A DNA stretch of 64,000 bases from Dehalococcoidia bacterium (GTDB lineage: Bacteria > Chloroflexota > Dehalococcoidia > SM23-28-2 > RBG-16-64-32): assembly GCA_963665775.2 (NCBI GenBank), contig CAXXTF010000002.1, positions 992,001 through 1,056,000 of the forward strand, read 5' to 3'. The stretch's first letter is position 1. Each line of letters opens with the position of its first letter. A program made the translations under genes and the position numbers. Below the pieces are notes generated by a model. It had not been told where the DNA came from. It did no database searches and saw only the letters and a program-made list of their open reading frames with translations. Below are positions 48,999 through 58,623 of the stretch, piece after piece.

Positions 48999-50933
48999 CT
49001 AGGGCAGCTGCTCGTGCTTCAGCGCGGCGATGAAGGGGAGGCTACGGAACCTCTGATGAAAGTCCAGGCCGTAACCCACGACGAACTCGTCGGGGACCTC
49101 GAAGCCCACGTACTCCAGCGGCACATCGACGATGCGCCGGGCCCTCTTGTCCAGCAGGGCACACACTAGTATTGAGGCGGGACGCTTGGTATTGAGATAC
49201 TCCAGGATGTGATTGAGGGTCATCCCCGTGTCGACGATATCCTCCACTAGGATGACGTCACGACCCTTGATATTCTCATCCAGGTCCTTCAAGATGCGCA
49301 CCACCGGCGCCCCGTTCACATCGTAGGAGGAGATGGACATGAAGTCCACAATGGTGGGTACGGAGACGTGCCGCATCAGGTCCGCCATAAAGCAGAGAAC
49401 ACCCCGTAAAACACCGATGAGGATGGGCTCCTTGCCCGCGTAGTCACGGCTGATCTGCGCCCCCAGCTCCCCAACGCGCTGCTGGATGCGATTGGCGGTT
49501 ACCAGCACACGGCCGATTTCCGGAACCTGGTCCGGCGAGAGGGGGCCGTAGCCGTATTTGAGTAGAAGACGCAGGTAGTCGCGCTTCTTCAGCAGGATTA
49601 TATTGGTCTCCGGATAAAGCTCCTTGAGTAGCCTCATCTTGCGGTTCTTCTCTGCCGTGAGACCGGTCTTCAGGGTTGTGAGTTCCACGTACATGTTCAC
49701 GTCCGGCAGGTAGAAGTCCGGCGTGAAGGCCTCGGTGACCCGCCCGCGCTCCTGGCGCAAAGGGAAAGAACGGGGCTCGTAGTGCCAGTCGATACCGTAG
49801 AAGTCCAGGATGCGGGCGAACTCATACTCCGCCGGATGGGCGAAGGGCGGGGGTACCTCACCTTGCGGCGCGCCGGTAATTGGTGCCGGGAGTCGAGCCC
49901 TAGCGACCGGAGGACTAGGGCGGCGAGCCTCTGAGGCAGCCGCCTTCGGGACAACGACGTCGGCAGCGGCTTCCGGCGTCCGGCGACGCTGGCGGACGCC
50001 CCGCTGGCCACCAGCAGCCGCTTCGGGCGACGGCTCAGCAACCGCCGGACCGGCAGCCACCGGTTTAGGCGTCTCCTCCTTCTTCCTCCGACGCCCCCGG
50101 CTGGTGCGCGACGGCGCACGCTCCTCGACTTCCGCGACGGGAGCGGGAGTATGGAGAGCAATCGTCGGCACCGGCGAGGGAGCGGGCTCCGCCCCTGCCG
50201 CCTCCGAGGACCCACGATGACGGCGTCCTCCCCGACTACCCCGACGACGCTTCGGCTGCGCCTCTTGTTCGACGGGGGCGCCGGTATCCTGGGGCTGTGG
50301 CGCACGCTCCTCGACTTCCGCGACGGGAGTGGGAGTATGGAGAGCAATCGTCGGCACCGGCGAGGGAGCGGGCTCCGCCCCTGCCGCCTCCGAGGACCCA
50401 CGATGACGGCGTCCTCCCCGACTACCCCGACGACGCTTCGGCTGCGCCTCTTGTTCGACGGGGGCGCCGGTATCCTGGGGCTGTGGCGCACGCTCCTCGA
50501 CTTCCGCGACGGGAGTGGGAGTATGGAGAGCAATCGTCGGCACCGGCGAGAGAGCGGGCTCCGCTCCTACCGCCTCCGAGGCCCCACGATGACGGCGTCC
50601 TCCCCCGCTACCCCGGCGACGCTTCGGCTTCGCCTCCGGGGCCGACGGCGCTTCGGAGTCCTGGACTTGAGGCTGCCGTGGCGGGGTGTCCTGAGAATAC
50701 GCCGGAGCAGCCTCGGTAGGCGCCCCAGGCTGGTTGTGCCGGCGGCCGCCGCGCGCACCCCCACGTCGCCTGGGCTGCGGCTCAGATGGGGCTGCCGGCG
50801 CCGACTCGGGCAGCGCCGGCGGTGGAAGAGGAGGAAGGACGGGGTGACCTCTACGAGAAGCCAGACCTCTGATATCAGGGGCGGCGCTGGCGCCTCCCAC
50901 CGTCTCTATCGGATTATTAGTGGCACGTGCCAT
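48999..50933 (-). CDS. hpt: Hypoxanthine phosphoribosyltransferase fused to a PD-(D/E)xK-like domain and a disordered Arg/Gly/Pro-rich N-terminus
   Basis: C-terminal HPRT (VLRG...FMADL, VEDIVDTGMT, FVVGYGLD). Middle domain 'E.EFARILDFYGI.W.YEP..F...FTPDFYLP...YVELTT'. N-terminal repeats. Confidence 0.88.
   Translation of the reverse strand: MARATNNPIETVGGASAAPDIRGLASRRGHPVLPPLPPPALPESAPAAPSEPQPRRRGGARGGRRHNQPGAPTEAAPAYSQDTPPRQPQVQDSEAPSAPEAKPKRRRGSGGGRRHRGASEAVGAEPALSPVPTIALHTPTPVAEVEERAPQPQDTGAPVEQEAQPKRRRGSRGGRRHRGSSEAAGAEPAPSPVPTIALHTPTPVAEVEERAPQPQDTGAPVEQEAQPKRRRGSRGGRRHRGSSEAAGAEPAPSPVPTIALHTPAPVAEVEERAPSRTSRGRRRKKEETPKPVAAGPAVAEPSPEAAAGGQRGVRQRRRTPEAAADVVVPKAAASEARRPSPPVARARLPAPITGAPQGEVPPPFAHPAEYEFARILDFYGIDWHYEPRSFPLRQERGRVTEAFTPDFYLPDVNMYVELTTLKTGLTAEKNRKMRLLKELYPETNIILLKKRDYLRLLLKYGYGPLSPDQVPEIGRVLVTANRIQQRVGELGAQISRDYAGKEPILIGVLRGVLCFMADLMRHVSVPTIVDFMSISSYDVNGAPVVRILKDLDENIKGRDVILVEDIVDTGMTLNHILEYLNTKRPASILVCALLDKRARRIVDVPLEYVGFEVPDEFVVGYGLDFHQRFRSLPFIAALKHEQLP
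50113..50630. repeat. 186-bp (62-aa) tandem repeat, about 2.75 copies, inside the hpt fusion
   Basis: CGCACGCTCCTCGACTTCCGCGACGGGAG recurs at 50115, 50301 and 50487. Confidence 0.92.
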
Positions 50934-50977
50934 CTGCCAGCATTGTACGGCACTGCCCGCTCAAATGCTATAGCGGT

Positions 50978-50994
50978 TTGATAAAACTTATCAA
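50978..50994. promoter_or_regulatory. 7-3-7 palindrome, candidate transcription-factor operator
   Basis: TTGATAA-aac-TTATCAA, AT-rich, between divergent genes. Confidence 0.5.
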
Positions 50995-51126
50995 CAGCTG
51001 CGGATGTACCGGCGGGCACTGAGGACGGCCACTCACCTTGGCTTGTCCCCCATTTTGGGCGATAATGGCGAGGCATCGCCAGGGATTGATCCCTGATGGA
51101 CCTACGATATCTGGAGACACGATCTG

Positions 51127-52197
51127 ATGGCTTCCCGACCTTGGAACGTAGAGGCCTACGTGCAGCGAGAGAAGATACGGACCATCCACTATGGCATCGG
51201 CGCAATAGGAGCCGATGTGGTCCGGCTGGTCTCGAGTCGGCCGGAGATCGAGATCGTAGGGGCGATCGATACTGACCCTGCTAAAGCCGGCAAGGACCTG
51301 GGCGAGGCCGCGGGCATCGGTCGTACCCTTGGCATCACTGTCTCCCACGACGCGGACCCCATTCTGAAAGAGGTGTACGCGGACGTGGTCATCCATGCCA
51401 CCAGTTCGTCTCTGCCGGAGGCTTACCCTCAGCTGAAATCTATCGTCTCCTCAGAGAAGAGCGTGGTCTCCAGTTGCGAGGAGCTGGCCTTCCCCTGGGC
51501 CCGCTACCCAGACATCTCGCGCGAGCTGGACCGGCGTGCCCGCGAGACGGGGGTTCTTGTGCTTGGCACGGGCGTCAATCCCGGATTTCTAATGGACCTC
51601 CTGCCCCTGATATTGACTACAGCCTGTCAACAGGTGAAATCCGTGCGCGTAAGGCGGACTGTTGACGTTGGCACCCGCAGGATCAGGTTGCAGAGGAAGG
51701 TGGGAGTGGGGCTCAGCGTGCAGGGGTTCCAACGCGGGGCGGCCGATGGCAGCATAGGCCACGTGGGCCTGCGAGAGTCCGCATTCATGATCGCCGATAC
51801 GCTGGGCTGGCGATTGGACGAGGTATCGGAGTCGTTGGAGCCGGTGGTGGCCCAGAAGCGCCGCAAGACCGAATACTTCCTCGTTGAGAAGGGCGACGTG
51901 GCCGGGCTGCGGCAATCGGCCCACGGTCTCATGTCCGGCCAGGAAGTGGTGCGCCTGGAGCTGGAGATCTCCCTGGGCGCCGAGAATCCCCACGACAGCA
52001 TCGAAATCGAGGGGCACCCTCCCATCAAGATGAACATCCCCGGCGGCCTGCAGGGCGACCTGGCCACAGCGGCGATAATGGCCAACTGCCTGCCCACCGT
52101 CGCCTGGAGCCGTACGGTGGGTCTGCTCTCCATGCGGGATATGCCCGCCGTGCCCTATTTTCGGTCGCGCCCCCAGCCTCCGGAAGAGCTGGGATGA
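51127..52197 (+). CDS. NAD(P)H-dependent amine dehydrogenase / 2,4-diaminopentanoate dehydrogenase (DapB-like) family
   Basis: YGIGAIG, 'SSCEEL..P', 'GTGVNPGF.MD', 'GHVGLRES' and 'GDLATAA'. Confidence 0.82.
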   Translation: MASRPWNVEAYVQREKIRTIHYGIGAIGADVVRLVSSRPEIEIVGAIDTDPAKAGKDLGEAAGIGRTLGITVSHDADPILKEVYADVVIHATSSSLPEAYPQLKSIVSSEKSVVSSCEELAFPWARYPDISRELDRRARETGVLVLGTGVNPGFLMDLLPLILTTACQQVKSVRVRRTVDVGTRRIRLQRKVGVGLSVQGFQRGAADGSIGHVGLRESAFMIADTLGWRLDEVSESLEPVVAQKRRKTEYFLVEKGDVAGLRQSAHGLMSGQEVVRLELEISLGAENPHDSIEIEGHPPIKMNIPGGLQGDLATAAIMANCLPTVAWSRTVGLLSMRDMPAVPYFRSRPQPPEELG

Positions 52198-53540
52198 CGA
52201 TACTGGAGAGCTTCCAGCGTCGCCATCAGGGGTCGGCCCGACTTTACCAGGAGGCGATCAGCACCTTCCCCTCCGGTGTGACTCACGATACCCGCTACCT
52301 GGCGCCGTTCCCCATATTCGTAGAGCGGGCGGCCGGCAGCCGCAAGTGGGACGTGGATGGCAACGAGTTCGTCGATCTGGTGATGGGACATGGAGCGTTG
52401 TTCTTAGGGCACGCCCATCCGGAGATAACGCGGGCGGTCCTGGATCAGACGCCCAAAGGAACACACTACGGGGCCAGTCATGCCCTGGAGCTGGAGTGGG
52501 GGAGGCAAGTGAAGCGCCTTCTGCCCAGCGCCGAAAAGGTACGATTCACCAGCTCCGGTACGGAAGCGGTGATGATGGCGACCCGATTAGCTCGAGCCTA
52601 CACCGGTCGCGATAGGCTGCTGAAGTTGGACTTCCACTTCCACGGCTGGTACGACAGCGTGGTGGGGGCCCGGTTCGCGGAATCGGACATGCCGCGTTCG
52701 GCGGGCATACCAGCGATGACGTTGAGTAACACGCTGAGCGTCCCGCAGGATATCGGCCTCGTGTCGGAGAAGCTGGCCGAGGGCGATGTGGCGGCCGTCA
52801 TCGTGGAGCCCACGGGAGGCTCCTGGGGAACTCTCCCTCTCCGAGAGGGCTTCCTCGCCGACCTGCGAGAGGTGACCCATCGTTACCAGAGCCTCTTGAT
52901 CTTCGACGAGGTGGTTACCGGATTCCGGGTAGCGCCCGGGGGAGCCCAGGAGCGTTACGGCGTGACGCCGGACGTGACAACCCTGGCCAAGATACTGGCC
53001 GGCGGCCTGCCCGGCGGAGCCGTGGCGGGCAAGGCCGACATTATCTCCCTGATCGAGTTCCGTGACGATGTGGACTGGAACCGGGAGAACCGAGTGGCCC
53101 ATCCTGGCACCTTCCAGGCCAACCCCCTCTCGGCGGCGGCGGGCGTAGCGATGCTCTCGCTTATCGGCGACGGGCGGTACCACCGCCACGCCGACGGCCT
53201 CGTGACACGCCTGGTTCCCGCTCTCAACGAGGTGCTTGAGCGACGGCGAGCCCGCGGCTGTGCCTACGGCCTGTCGTCCTACTTTCACGTAGTTCTGGGG
53301 GAGGAGGTGCCGCGTCCCGAGGAAGGGATCGAATGGCCCTGGCGGAACGACGAGGCGCCGCCACGGATGGCCCTACCCCTGGTAATGGCGTTGAAGCGGG
53401 GCATGCTGAACCACGGTGTCGATCTAATGAGCGGCAGCGGCGGCTTCACCTCCGGCGTACATACCGAAGCCGATATCGACCGCACTATCGAGGCCTTCGA
53501 GGCGACCATCAGCGAGCTACAGGGGGAAGGAGCCCTGTAG
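52194..53540 (+). CDS. Class III aminotransferase (glutamate-1-semialdehyde aminomutase-like)
   Basis: WDVDGNEFVD, SGTEA, FHG, FDEVVTGFR, LAKILAGGLPGG and GTFQANP. Confidence 0.9.
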   Translation: MTILESFQRRHQGSARLYQEAISTFPSGVTHDTRYLAPFPIFVERAAGSRKWDVDGNEFVDLVMGHGALFLGHAHPEITRAVLDQTPKGTHYGASHALELEWGRQVKRLLPSAEKVRFTSSGTEAVMMATRLARAYTGRDRLLKLDFHFHGWYDSVVGARFAESDMPRSAGIPAMTLSNTLSVPQDIGLVSEKLAEGDVAAVIVEPTGGSWGTLPLREGFLADLREVTHRYQSLLIFDEVVTGFRVAPGGAQERYGVTPDVTTLAKILAGGLPGGAVAGKADIISLIEFRDDVDWNRENRVAHPGTFQANPLSAAAGVAMLSLIGDGRYHRHADGLVTRLVPALNEVLERRRARGCAYGLSSYFHVVLGEEVPRPEEGIEWPWRNDEAPPRMALPLVMALKRGMLNHGVDLMSGSGGFTSGVHTEADIDRTIEAFEATISELQGEGAL

Positions 53541-53660
53541 AGGCGCGTCGTTCGCAATCAGGGGAAGATCGGATGAGGCTAGAGGGCCAACGTCAGGGTC
53601 AGGGTGCTCCGCTGAGGCCCGCGGCCACTTCCTCAGTTCCCGATGGCTACGCGCCTGGCG

Positions 53661-53689
53661 TTGAAGCAGTGCCGAGATTGTGGTATATT
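53661..53689 (+). promoter_or_regulatory. Sigma70-type promoter of infC-rpmI-rplT
   Basis: TTGAAG-17 bp-TATATT with an extended TG. Confidence 0.6.
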
Positions 53690-53731
53690 CGGACAATCGT
53701 GGCGAGAACGTTCACCAAGAGGGGCTAGCCT

Positions 53732-54295
53732 ATTCTCCGAGAGCTTCGGGTTAACGAACGGATCAGGGTCAGGGAGGTCCGTCTCATAGGGACGAGCGGA
53801 GAGAACGTGGGTATCGTTCCCATACCGGAGGCCCTGGAGATCGCCAGGGGGGTCGACCTCGACCTGGTCGAGGTCGACCCCAACGGAAATCCGCCAGTCT
53901 GCCGGATACTGGACTACGGCAAGTGGAAGTACCAGCAGGCGAAGAAAGGGCGGGACGCCCACAAGCACCAGCGCAGCACGATGATCCACGAGGTGCGAGT
54001 GCGCCCTCGCATCGGTCAGCACGACATGCAGATGAAGGTGCGAATAGCGGAGCGGCTGCTGGCTGGGGGGAACAAGGTGAGGCTTTCCGTAATGTTTCGG
54101 GGCCGGGAGATGTCACACCCTGAGATAGGGCACGAGGTGCTGGGGCACGCGCTGGACGGGCTCAAGGAGGTAGCGATAGTGGAGAGGCCACCGGCTATGG
54201 AGGGGCGCTTCCTATCGGTCATCCTGACGCCTACAGCGAAGAAGCCGGTTCAGGCCCAGTCTGAGGAGCAGGGGGAAGAGGAGCCCGTTGGCTAA
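53732..54295 (+). CDS. infC: Translation initiation factor IF-3 (ATT start)
   Basis: In-frame ATT at 53732 after a GAGGGG RBS gives (M)LRELRVNERIRVREVRLI. Also DLVEV..PPVCRILDYGK and FRGRE. Confidence 0.95.
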   Translation: MLRELRVNERIRVREVRLIGTSGENVGIVPIPEALEIARGVDLDLVEVDPNGNPPVCRILDYGKWKYQQAKKGRDAHKHQRSTMIHEVRVRPRIGQHDMQMKVRIAERLLAGGNKVRLSVMFRGREMSHPEIGHEVLGHALDGLKEVAIVERPPAMEGRFLSVILTPTAKKPVQAQSEEQGEEEPVG

Positions 54296-54500
54296 GTACA
54301 AGATCAAGACACACTCAGGGGCCAAGCGCCGTTTCTACATAAGCGGCCGTGGCAAGCTGCTCATGCGCAAGTGCCACATCAACAACTCCAGACGTAAAAA
54401 GCGGGGTGCCACCCTGCGCCAGTTCCCCCGCAAGCTCGCGGTGTCCGAAACCCACGTGAAGCGGCTCCGGAAACTGATGCCCTACGCGCGAGCTAGATAA
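54288..54500 (+). CDS. rpmI: 50S ribosomal protein L35
   Basis: KIKTHSGAKRRF motif and position between infC and rplT. Confidence 0.95.
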   Translation: MAKYKIKTHSGAKRRFYISGRGKLLMRKCHINNSRRKKRGATLRQFPRKLAVSETHVKRLRKLMPYARAR

Positions 54501-54512
54501 GGGAGGAGAGAG

Positions 54513-54872
54513 TTGCCGAGGACCAGGGGCAGACCGACAGCCCGTAGACGGCACAAGAAGATACTCAAACTAGCGAAGGGGCATCGCGGCGGGCGACACC
54601 GGCTCTTCCGGCAGGCCAACCAGTCGGTCATGCGGGCCCTAAAATACGCATACGAGCACCGACGAGACCGCAAGGGCCAGTTCCGTAGCCTCTGGATCAT
54701 GCGGATCAACGCGGCCGCGCGGCTGCACGGAATCAGCTACTCCCGGCTGATCAGCGGCCTCAACACGGCGGGCGTGGAGATAGACCGCAAGGCGCTGGCA
54801 GACCTGGCAGTCACGGACGCCGACGCCTTCGCGCAGCTGGCGCAGACAGCCAATGGGGCACTGGCCCGCTAG
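54513..54872 (+). CDS. rplT: 50S ribosomal protein L20
   Basis: [25 protein letters not shown] and DRKALADLA. Confidence 0.97.
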   Translation: MPRTRGRPTARRRHKKILKLAKGHRGGRHRLFRQANQSVMRALKYAYEHRRDRKGQFRSLWIMRINAAARLHGISYSRLISGLNTAGVEIDRKALADLAVTDADAFAQLAQTANGALAR

Positions 54873-54892
54873 CGCCGATCGTCGAGAACTCG

Positions 54893-54933
54893 AGAGTGGG
54901 CTTCAGGCCGCGGCTTGGAGCCCGCTCTGTTTT
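54893..54933 (+). terminator. Rho-independent terminator after rplT
   Basis: AGAGTGGGCTTCAGGCC..GGCTTGGAGCCCGCTCT stem (with G-U pairs) followed by GTTTT. Confidence 0.55.
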
Positions 54934-55007
54934 CCCTGTAGCGGGGGTTTCACAGAGACCAGACTGGGGCTGGGATTCGACCCCGTCCAGAAGGCCTTGA
55001 CCAGGGG

Positions 55008-57413
55008 TCAGGCTCTAAGTTCGGCGCCTAACTCTCGTCGCAAGCGCTCAATGATGTGCTGGCGCTGGCGGCTGACCTCGGCATCCGTGAGGGTGTGCTC
55101 GGACGCCTGGAAGGAGAGGGAGAAGGCCAACGATTTCCTGCCCTCCGGCACCGGCGGCCCGGTGTAGACGTCGAAAATAGAGGCTCTGCGAACCAGGGGG
55201 AAACTTCTGATAATGCTGAGGGCCTCTCCCGCCGCGACGCCATCAGGGACGACCACGGCCAGATCCTCCTCCACCGATGGGAAGAGCGGAACGGGATGGT
55301 AGTGAACGGTGGGCGGAATATGCGGTAACAGGGCGTCCAGATTCAGCTCGAACATCGCCACTTCGGCTTCGATGTCGAAGGCGGCGGCAACCCGAGGGTG
55401 AATCTGCCCCACGAGGCCAACCTGACGCCCGTCCACGAGGACGGCTGCCGTGCGCCCAGGGAGATATGCGTAATCCACAGCCTCCTGAACCTCGGGGGAG
55501 ACTCCCAGCACGCTCAGGAGCCGCTCCATGTACGCCTTGGCATCGTAGAAGCCGACAGGATCACCCGTCGGCTGGCCCCAGCGATCGGGCCGGCGACCGC
55601 TGACCACGGCGCCAACGCTCTCGACTTCCTGCGGCAGGTCGTCGACCTGGGGCAGATAGACGCGGCCCCTCTCGAACAGGGCTAGCAGGCCGGTGTTGGT
55701 CCTGGCGTTAGCGGCCAGCGTGCCCAGGAGCGAGGCGCGCAGAGTCGTCCGGGCGTATTCCGCCTCGCGGCTCATCGGGTTGGCGATGCGCAGGGGCCGA
55801 TTGACGGCCAGCTCCTCCGGCGCCAGCACCTTGGCCAGGGTGTCCAGGCTGGTGAGGGAGTAGCTGATGACCTCCTGGAGGCCGGCCGCAGCCAGAGCAT
55901 CGGCGACCCGCTCCCGTAGACGGTATCTGGTCTGAGGCCAGGCAGTGGGGAGCTCGCCCCGGAGCAGCGACGTGGGGAGCTGATCGTAGCCGATGATGCG
56001 GGCGATCTCCTCGATGACGTCGTCAGGAATGGCGACATCGGTGCGCCAGTAGGGAACCCGGACGACGAACCGGTCCGGGGGCACCCAGCGGCAGCTGAAG
56101 CCCAGGGAGGTCAGAATCTGTCGCACCTGAGCGGTGGCCACCTCGATGCCGAGGATGCGGCGGAGCCGTTCCTGGGTCAGGGTGACACGCATATCCCTCT
56201 GCTTACCGGGGAACTCATCCGCCAGACCCTTGGCGGCACGACCGCCGCACAGCTCAAGGATCAGCTTCACGGCCCGCTGAGCTGCGATGGGAGGCAGCTG
56301 GCGGCTGAGGCCCTTCTCGAACCGGCTGGAGGCGTCGCTGCGGAGCTTGAGGGCCTGGCTGGTGCGCCGGATATTCGGAGCGTAGAAATTGGCCGATTCC
56401 AGCAGGACGGTGGTGGTCTCTGGATCCACCTCGCTCTCCAGGCCGCCCATGACGCCGGCCAAGGCGAGCGGCACCTCAGCGTCGGCGATGACCAGCATAT
56501 CGGACAAGAGCTCCCTCTCCGTGCCGTCCAGAAAATTGATCTTTTCGCCGGGCTCAGCACGACGCACGATGATCCTCTTCCGCCTGATCTTGGCGAAGTC
56601 GAAGGCGTGGAGCGGCTGGCCCAGCTCCAGCATCACGTAGTTTGTTATGTCGACTACGTTGTTGATAGGACGCATGCCGGCACTGATGAGCCGCTCCTGG
56701 AGCCAGGACGGCGACTCGGCGACCCTAACGCCTTCGATGAGGGCGGCGCAGTAGCGGGGACAGAGATCGGGATCAGGAATCTCCACCTTGACGCGACCCG
56801 TAATCTGTGGCCCGACCTCCTTATGTTCGAGGGAGGGCTCGCGCAGCGGTTGACCGGTGAGAGCCGCCACCTCGCGGGCGACGCCGACGATAGAGAGGAG
56901 GTCAGGCCGGTTGGGGGTGACTTCGAGATCGAACACGACCTCGCCCAGGAAGGACGCCAGGGGCAGACCCAGGGGGGCCCCTTCATCCAGGACAAGAATC
57001 CCCTCATGCTCATCGGAAAGGCCCAGCTCCTTCTCGGAGCAGATCATGCCGGCGGACTGCACGCCGCGGATGACGGCCGACTTGAGAACGGCCGGCTTCC
57101 CGGTGTGACCGTCGATCAGGCGGACCCCGGCGGCGGCGAAGGGCACCTTCTGGCCGGCAGCCACGTTAGGAGCGCCGCAGACCACAGTCTGACGCTCGCC
57201 GTTGCCGAGGTCGACGGTGGCGAGCACCAGCCGGTCGGCGTTGGGGTGACAAGCCACGTCCACAACCTGAGCCACGGTGATGCCTTCCCAATCGCCGGCG
57301 GAGGCGATGATCTCGCCCACCTCAATGCCGGCGATGGTCAGGCGCTCGGCCAGCTCCCGATGGCTCAGGGATAGATCTACGTATTCGGAGAGCCAGCGAA
57401 GGGGAAGACGCAT
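55008..57413 (-). CDS. pheT: Phenylalanyl-tRNA synthetase beta subunit
   Basis: MRLPLRWLSEYV, HPNADRL, VVCGAPN, TPNRPD, NNVVDITNYV, GQPLHAFD and a C-terminal FDX-ACB domain. Confidence 0.97.
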   Translation of the reverse strand: MRLPLRWLSEYVDLSLSHRELAERLTIAGIEVGEIIASAGDWEGITVAQVVDVACHPNADRLVLATVDLGNGERQTVVCGAPNVAAGQKVPFAAAGVRLIDGHTGKPAVLKSAVIRGVQSAGMICSEKELGLSDEHEGILVLDEGAPLGLPLASFLGEVVFDLEVTPNRPDLLSIVGVAREVAALTGQPLREPSLEHKEVGPQITGRVKVEIPDPDLCPRYCAALIEGVRVAESPSWLQERLISAGMRPINNVVDITNYVMLELGQPLHAFDFAKIRRKRIIVRRAEPGEKINFLDGTERELLSDMLVIADAEVPLALAGVMGGLESEVDPETTTVLLESANFYAPNIRRTSQALKLRSDASSRFEKGLSRQLPPIAAQRAVKLILELCGGRAAKGLADEFPGKQRDMRVTLTQERLRRILGIEVATAQVRQILTSLGFSCRWVPPDRFVVRVPYWRTDVAIPDDVIEEIARIIGYDQLPTSLLRGELPTAWPQTRYRLRERVADALAAAGLQEVISYSLTSLDTLAKVLAPEELAVNRPLRIANPMSREAEYARTTLRASLLGTLAANARTNTGLLALFERGRVYLPQVDDLPQEVESVGAVVSGRRPDRWGQPTGDPVGFYDAKAYMERLLSVLGVSPEVQEAVDYAYLPGRTAAVLVDGRQVGLVGQIHPRVAAAFDIEAEVAMFELNLDALLPHIPPTVHYHPVPLFPSVEEDLAVVVPDGVAAGEALSIIRSFPLVRRASIFDVYTGPPVPEGRKSLAFSLSFQASEHTLTDAEVSRQRQHIIERLRRELGAELRA

Positions 57414-57420
57414 GGCGGCC

Positions 57421-58467
57421 TCAGAACTGCTGAAGGAAACGGATGTCGTTGGCGTAGAAGAGGCGGATGTCGTCAATGCCATGGCGGAGCATGGCGATGC
57501 GCTCGACACCCATGCCCCACGCGAAACCGGTGTAGCGCTCCGGGTCGTAGCCGGCGTTGGCGATGATCTCCGGGTGGACCATGCCGGCGCCCAGGATCTC
57601 GATCCAACCGCTGCCGCCGCAGGTACGGCAGCCCTGGCCGCGACAGAGAGTGCAGTCAATGCGCAGCTCCATGCCCGGCTCTACGAAGGGGAAATAGTCG
57701 CAGCGGAACCTGACCTGTCGTTCGCGGCCGAACATGCGGCGAGCGAACTCGGACAGAGTGCCCTTGAGGTCGGCCATGCTGATCCCTTCATCCACCGCCA
57801 GGCCTTCCACCTGCATCATCATCCACTCGTGGGTGGGGTCCGTGGCTTCGTAGCGGTAGCACTTGCCGGGTACGACGACGCGTATAGGCGGCTGCATCTG
57901 CTCCATGACGCGGATCTGGTTGGGCGAGGTGTGGGTGCGCAGGAGCATGGGCCGCTCGCCGTCGCGCTCGTAGTCGATCCAGAGGGTATCAAACATGTCG
58001 CGGGCCGGATGGTCCTTAGGGATGCGTAAAGTCTCAAAATTGTAGTGATCCCACTCGACTTCCGGCCCCTCCACCACCTGGAAGCCCATGCTCTCGAAGC
58101 AGCCCAAGACTTCTCGGACGGTCTGGGTGATGGGATGGAGGCGGCCTCGGGGTAGCGGCGGGGCAGGCAGGGTGACGTCCAGCTGCGCGCCCTCGATCAC
58201 CCGAGCCACGCGACTCTCCTCGAGGTGGGCGCGGCGCTCGTCGAAGGCGGCCTCCAGCCGAGTCTTGAGCCGGTTGGCAGCAGCGCCCACCTGTTTTCGC
58301 TCCTCGATCGGGATCTGCGCCAGACCCCGCAGGACCTGCGTAAGCCGGCCACTGCGGCCCAGGTAGGCCACCCGCCAGTCCTGGAGAGCGTCGACATCCG
58401 TGATGGCGTCCAGCCCCTCGCGGGCGGATGCCTCGAGGCCTGAAAGCAACTCTGATTCAGAAGACAT
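57421..58467 (-). CDS. pheS: Phenylalanyl-tRNA synthetase alpha subunit
   Basis: HPARDMFDT, LRTHTSP, YFPFVEP, GAGMVHP and GMGVER. Confidence 0.97.
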   Translation of the reverse strand: MSSESELLSGLEASAREGLDAITDVDALQDWRVAYLGRSGRLTQVLRGLAQIPIEERKQVGAAANRLKTRLEAAFDERRAHLEESRVARVIEGAQLDVTLPAPPLPRGRLHPITQTVREVLGCFESMGFQVVEGPEVEWDHYNFETLRIPKDHPARDMFDTLWIDYERDGERPMLLRTHTSPNQIRVMEQMQPPIRVVVPGKCYRYEATDPTHEWMMMQVEGLAVDEGISMADLKGTLSEFARRMFGRERQVRFRCDYFPFVEPGMELRIDCTLCRGQGCRTCGGSGWIEILGAGMVHPEIIANAGYDPERYTGFAWGMGVERIAMLRHGIDDIRLFYANDIRFLQQF

Positions 58468-58623
58468 AGGTCGGGTTGGCACGAATGAGGGCTGACCGCT
58501 ATTATAGGATGCAGCAGGGGCAAGAGCAACGCGTCTGAGCCCACTCCAACGCGGTAAACCGCATCATGATTCTCGGCAGCCGCGGGCCGCCGGCGCGGTG
58601 CGGCCAGAAGGAGGTGCCGGACC

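Noticed and set aside
50113-50630. Possible CRISPR array
   Set aside because: The units are contiguous 186-bp in-frame coding repeats with no unique spacers, and no cas genes are present.
52194-53540. hemL assignment
   Set aside because: It lacks the typical HemL GGVNSPVR and YHGH motifs and has no hem gene context, so it was kept as a HemL-like aminotransferase.
53732-58467. pheST convergent with infC-rpmI-rplT instead of co-transcribed
   Set aside because: A real arrangement, but it is explained by an ordinary local inversion with no sign of a special function.
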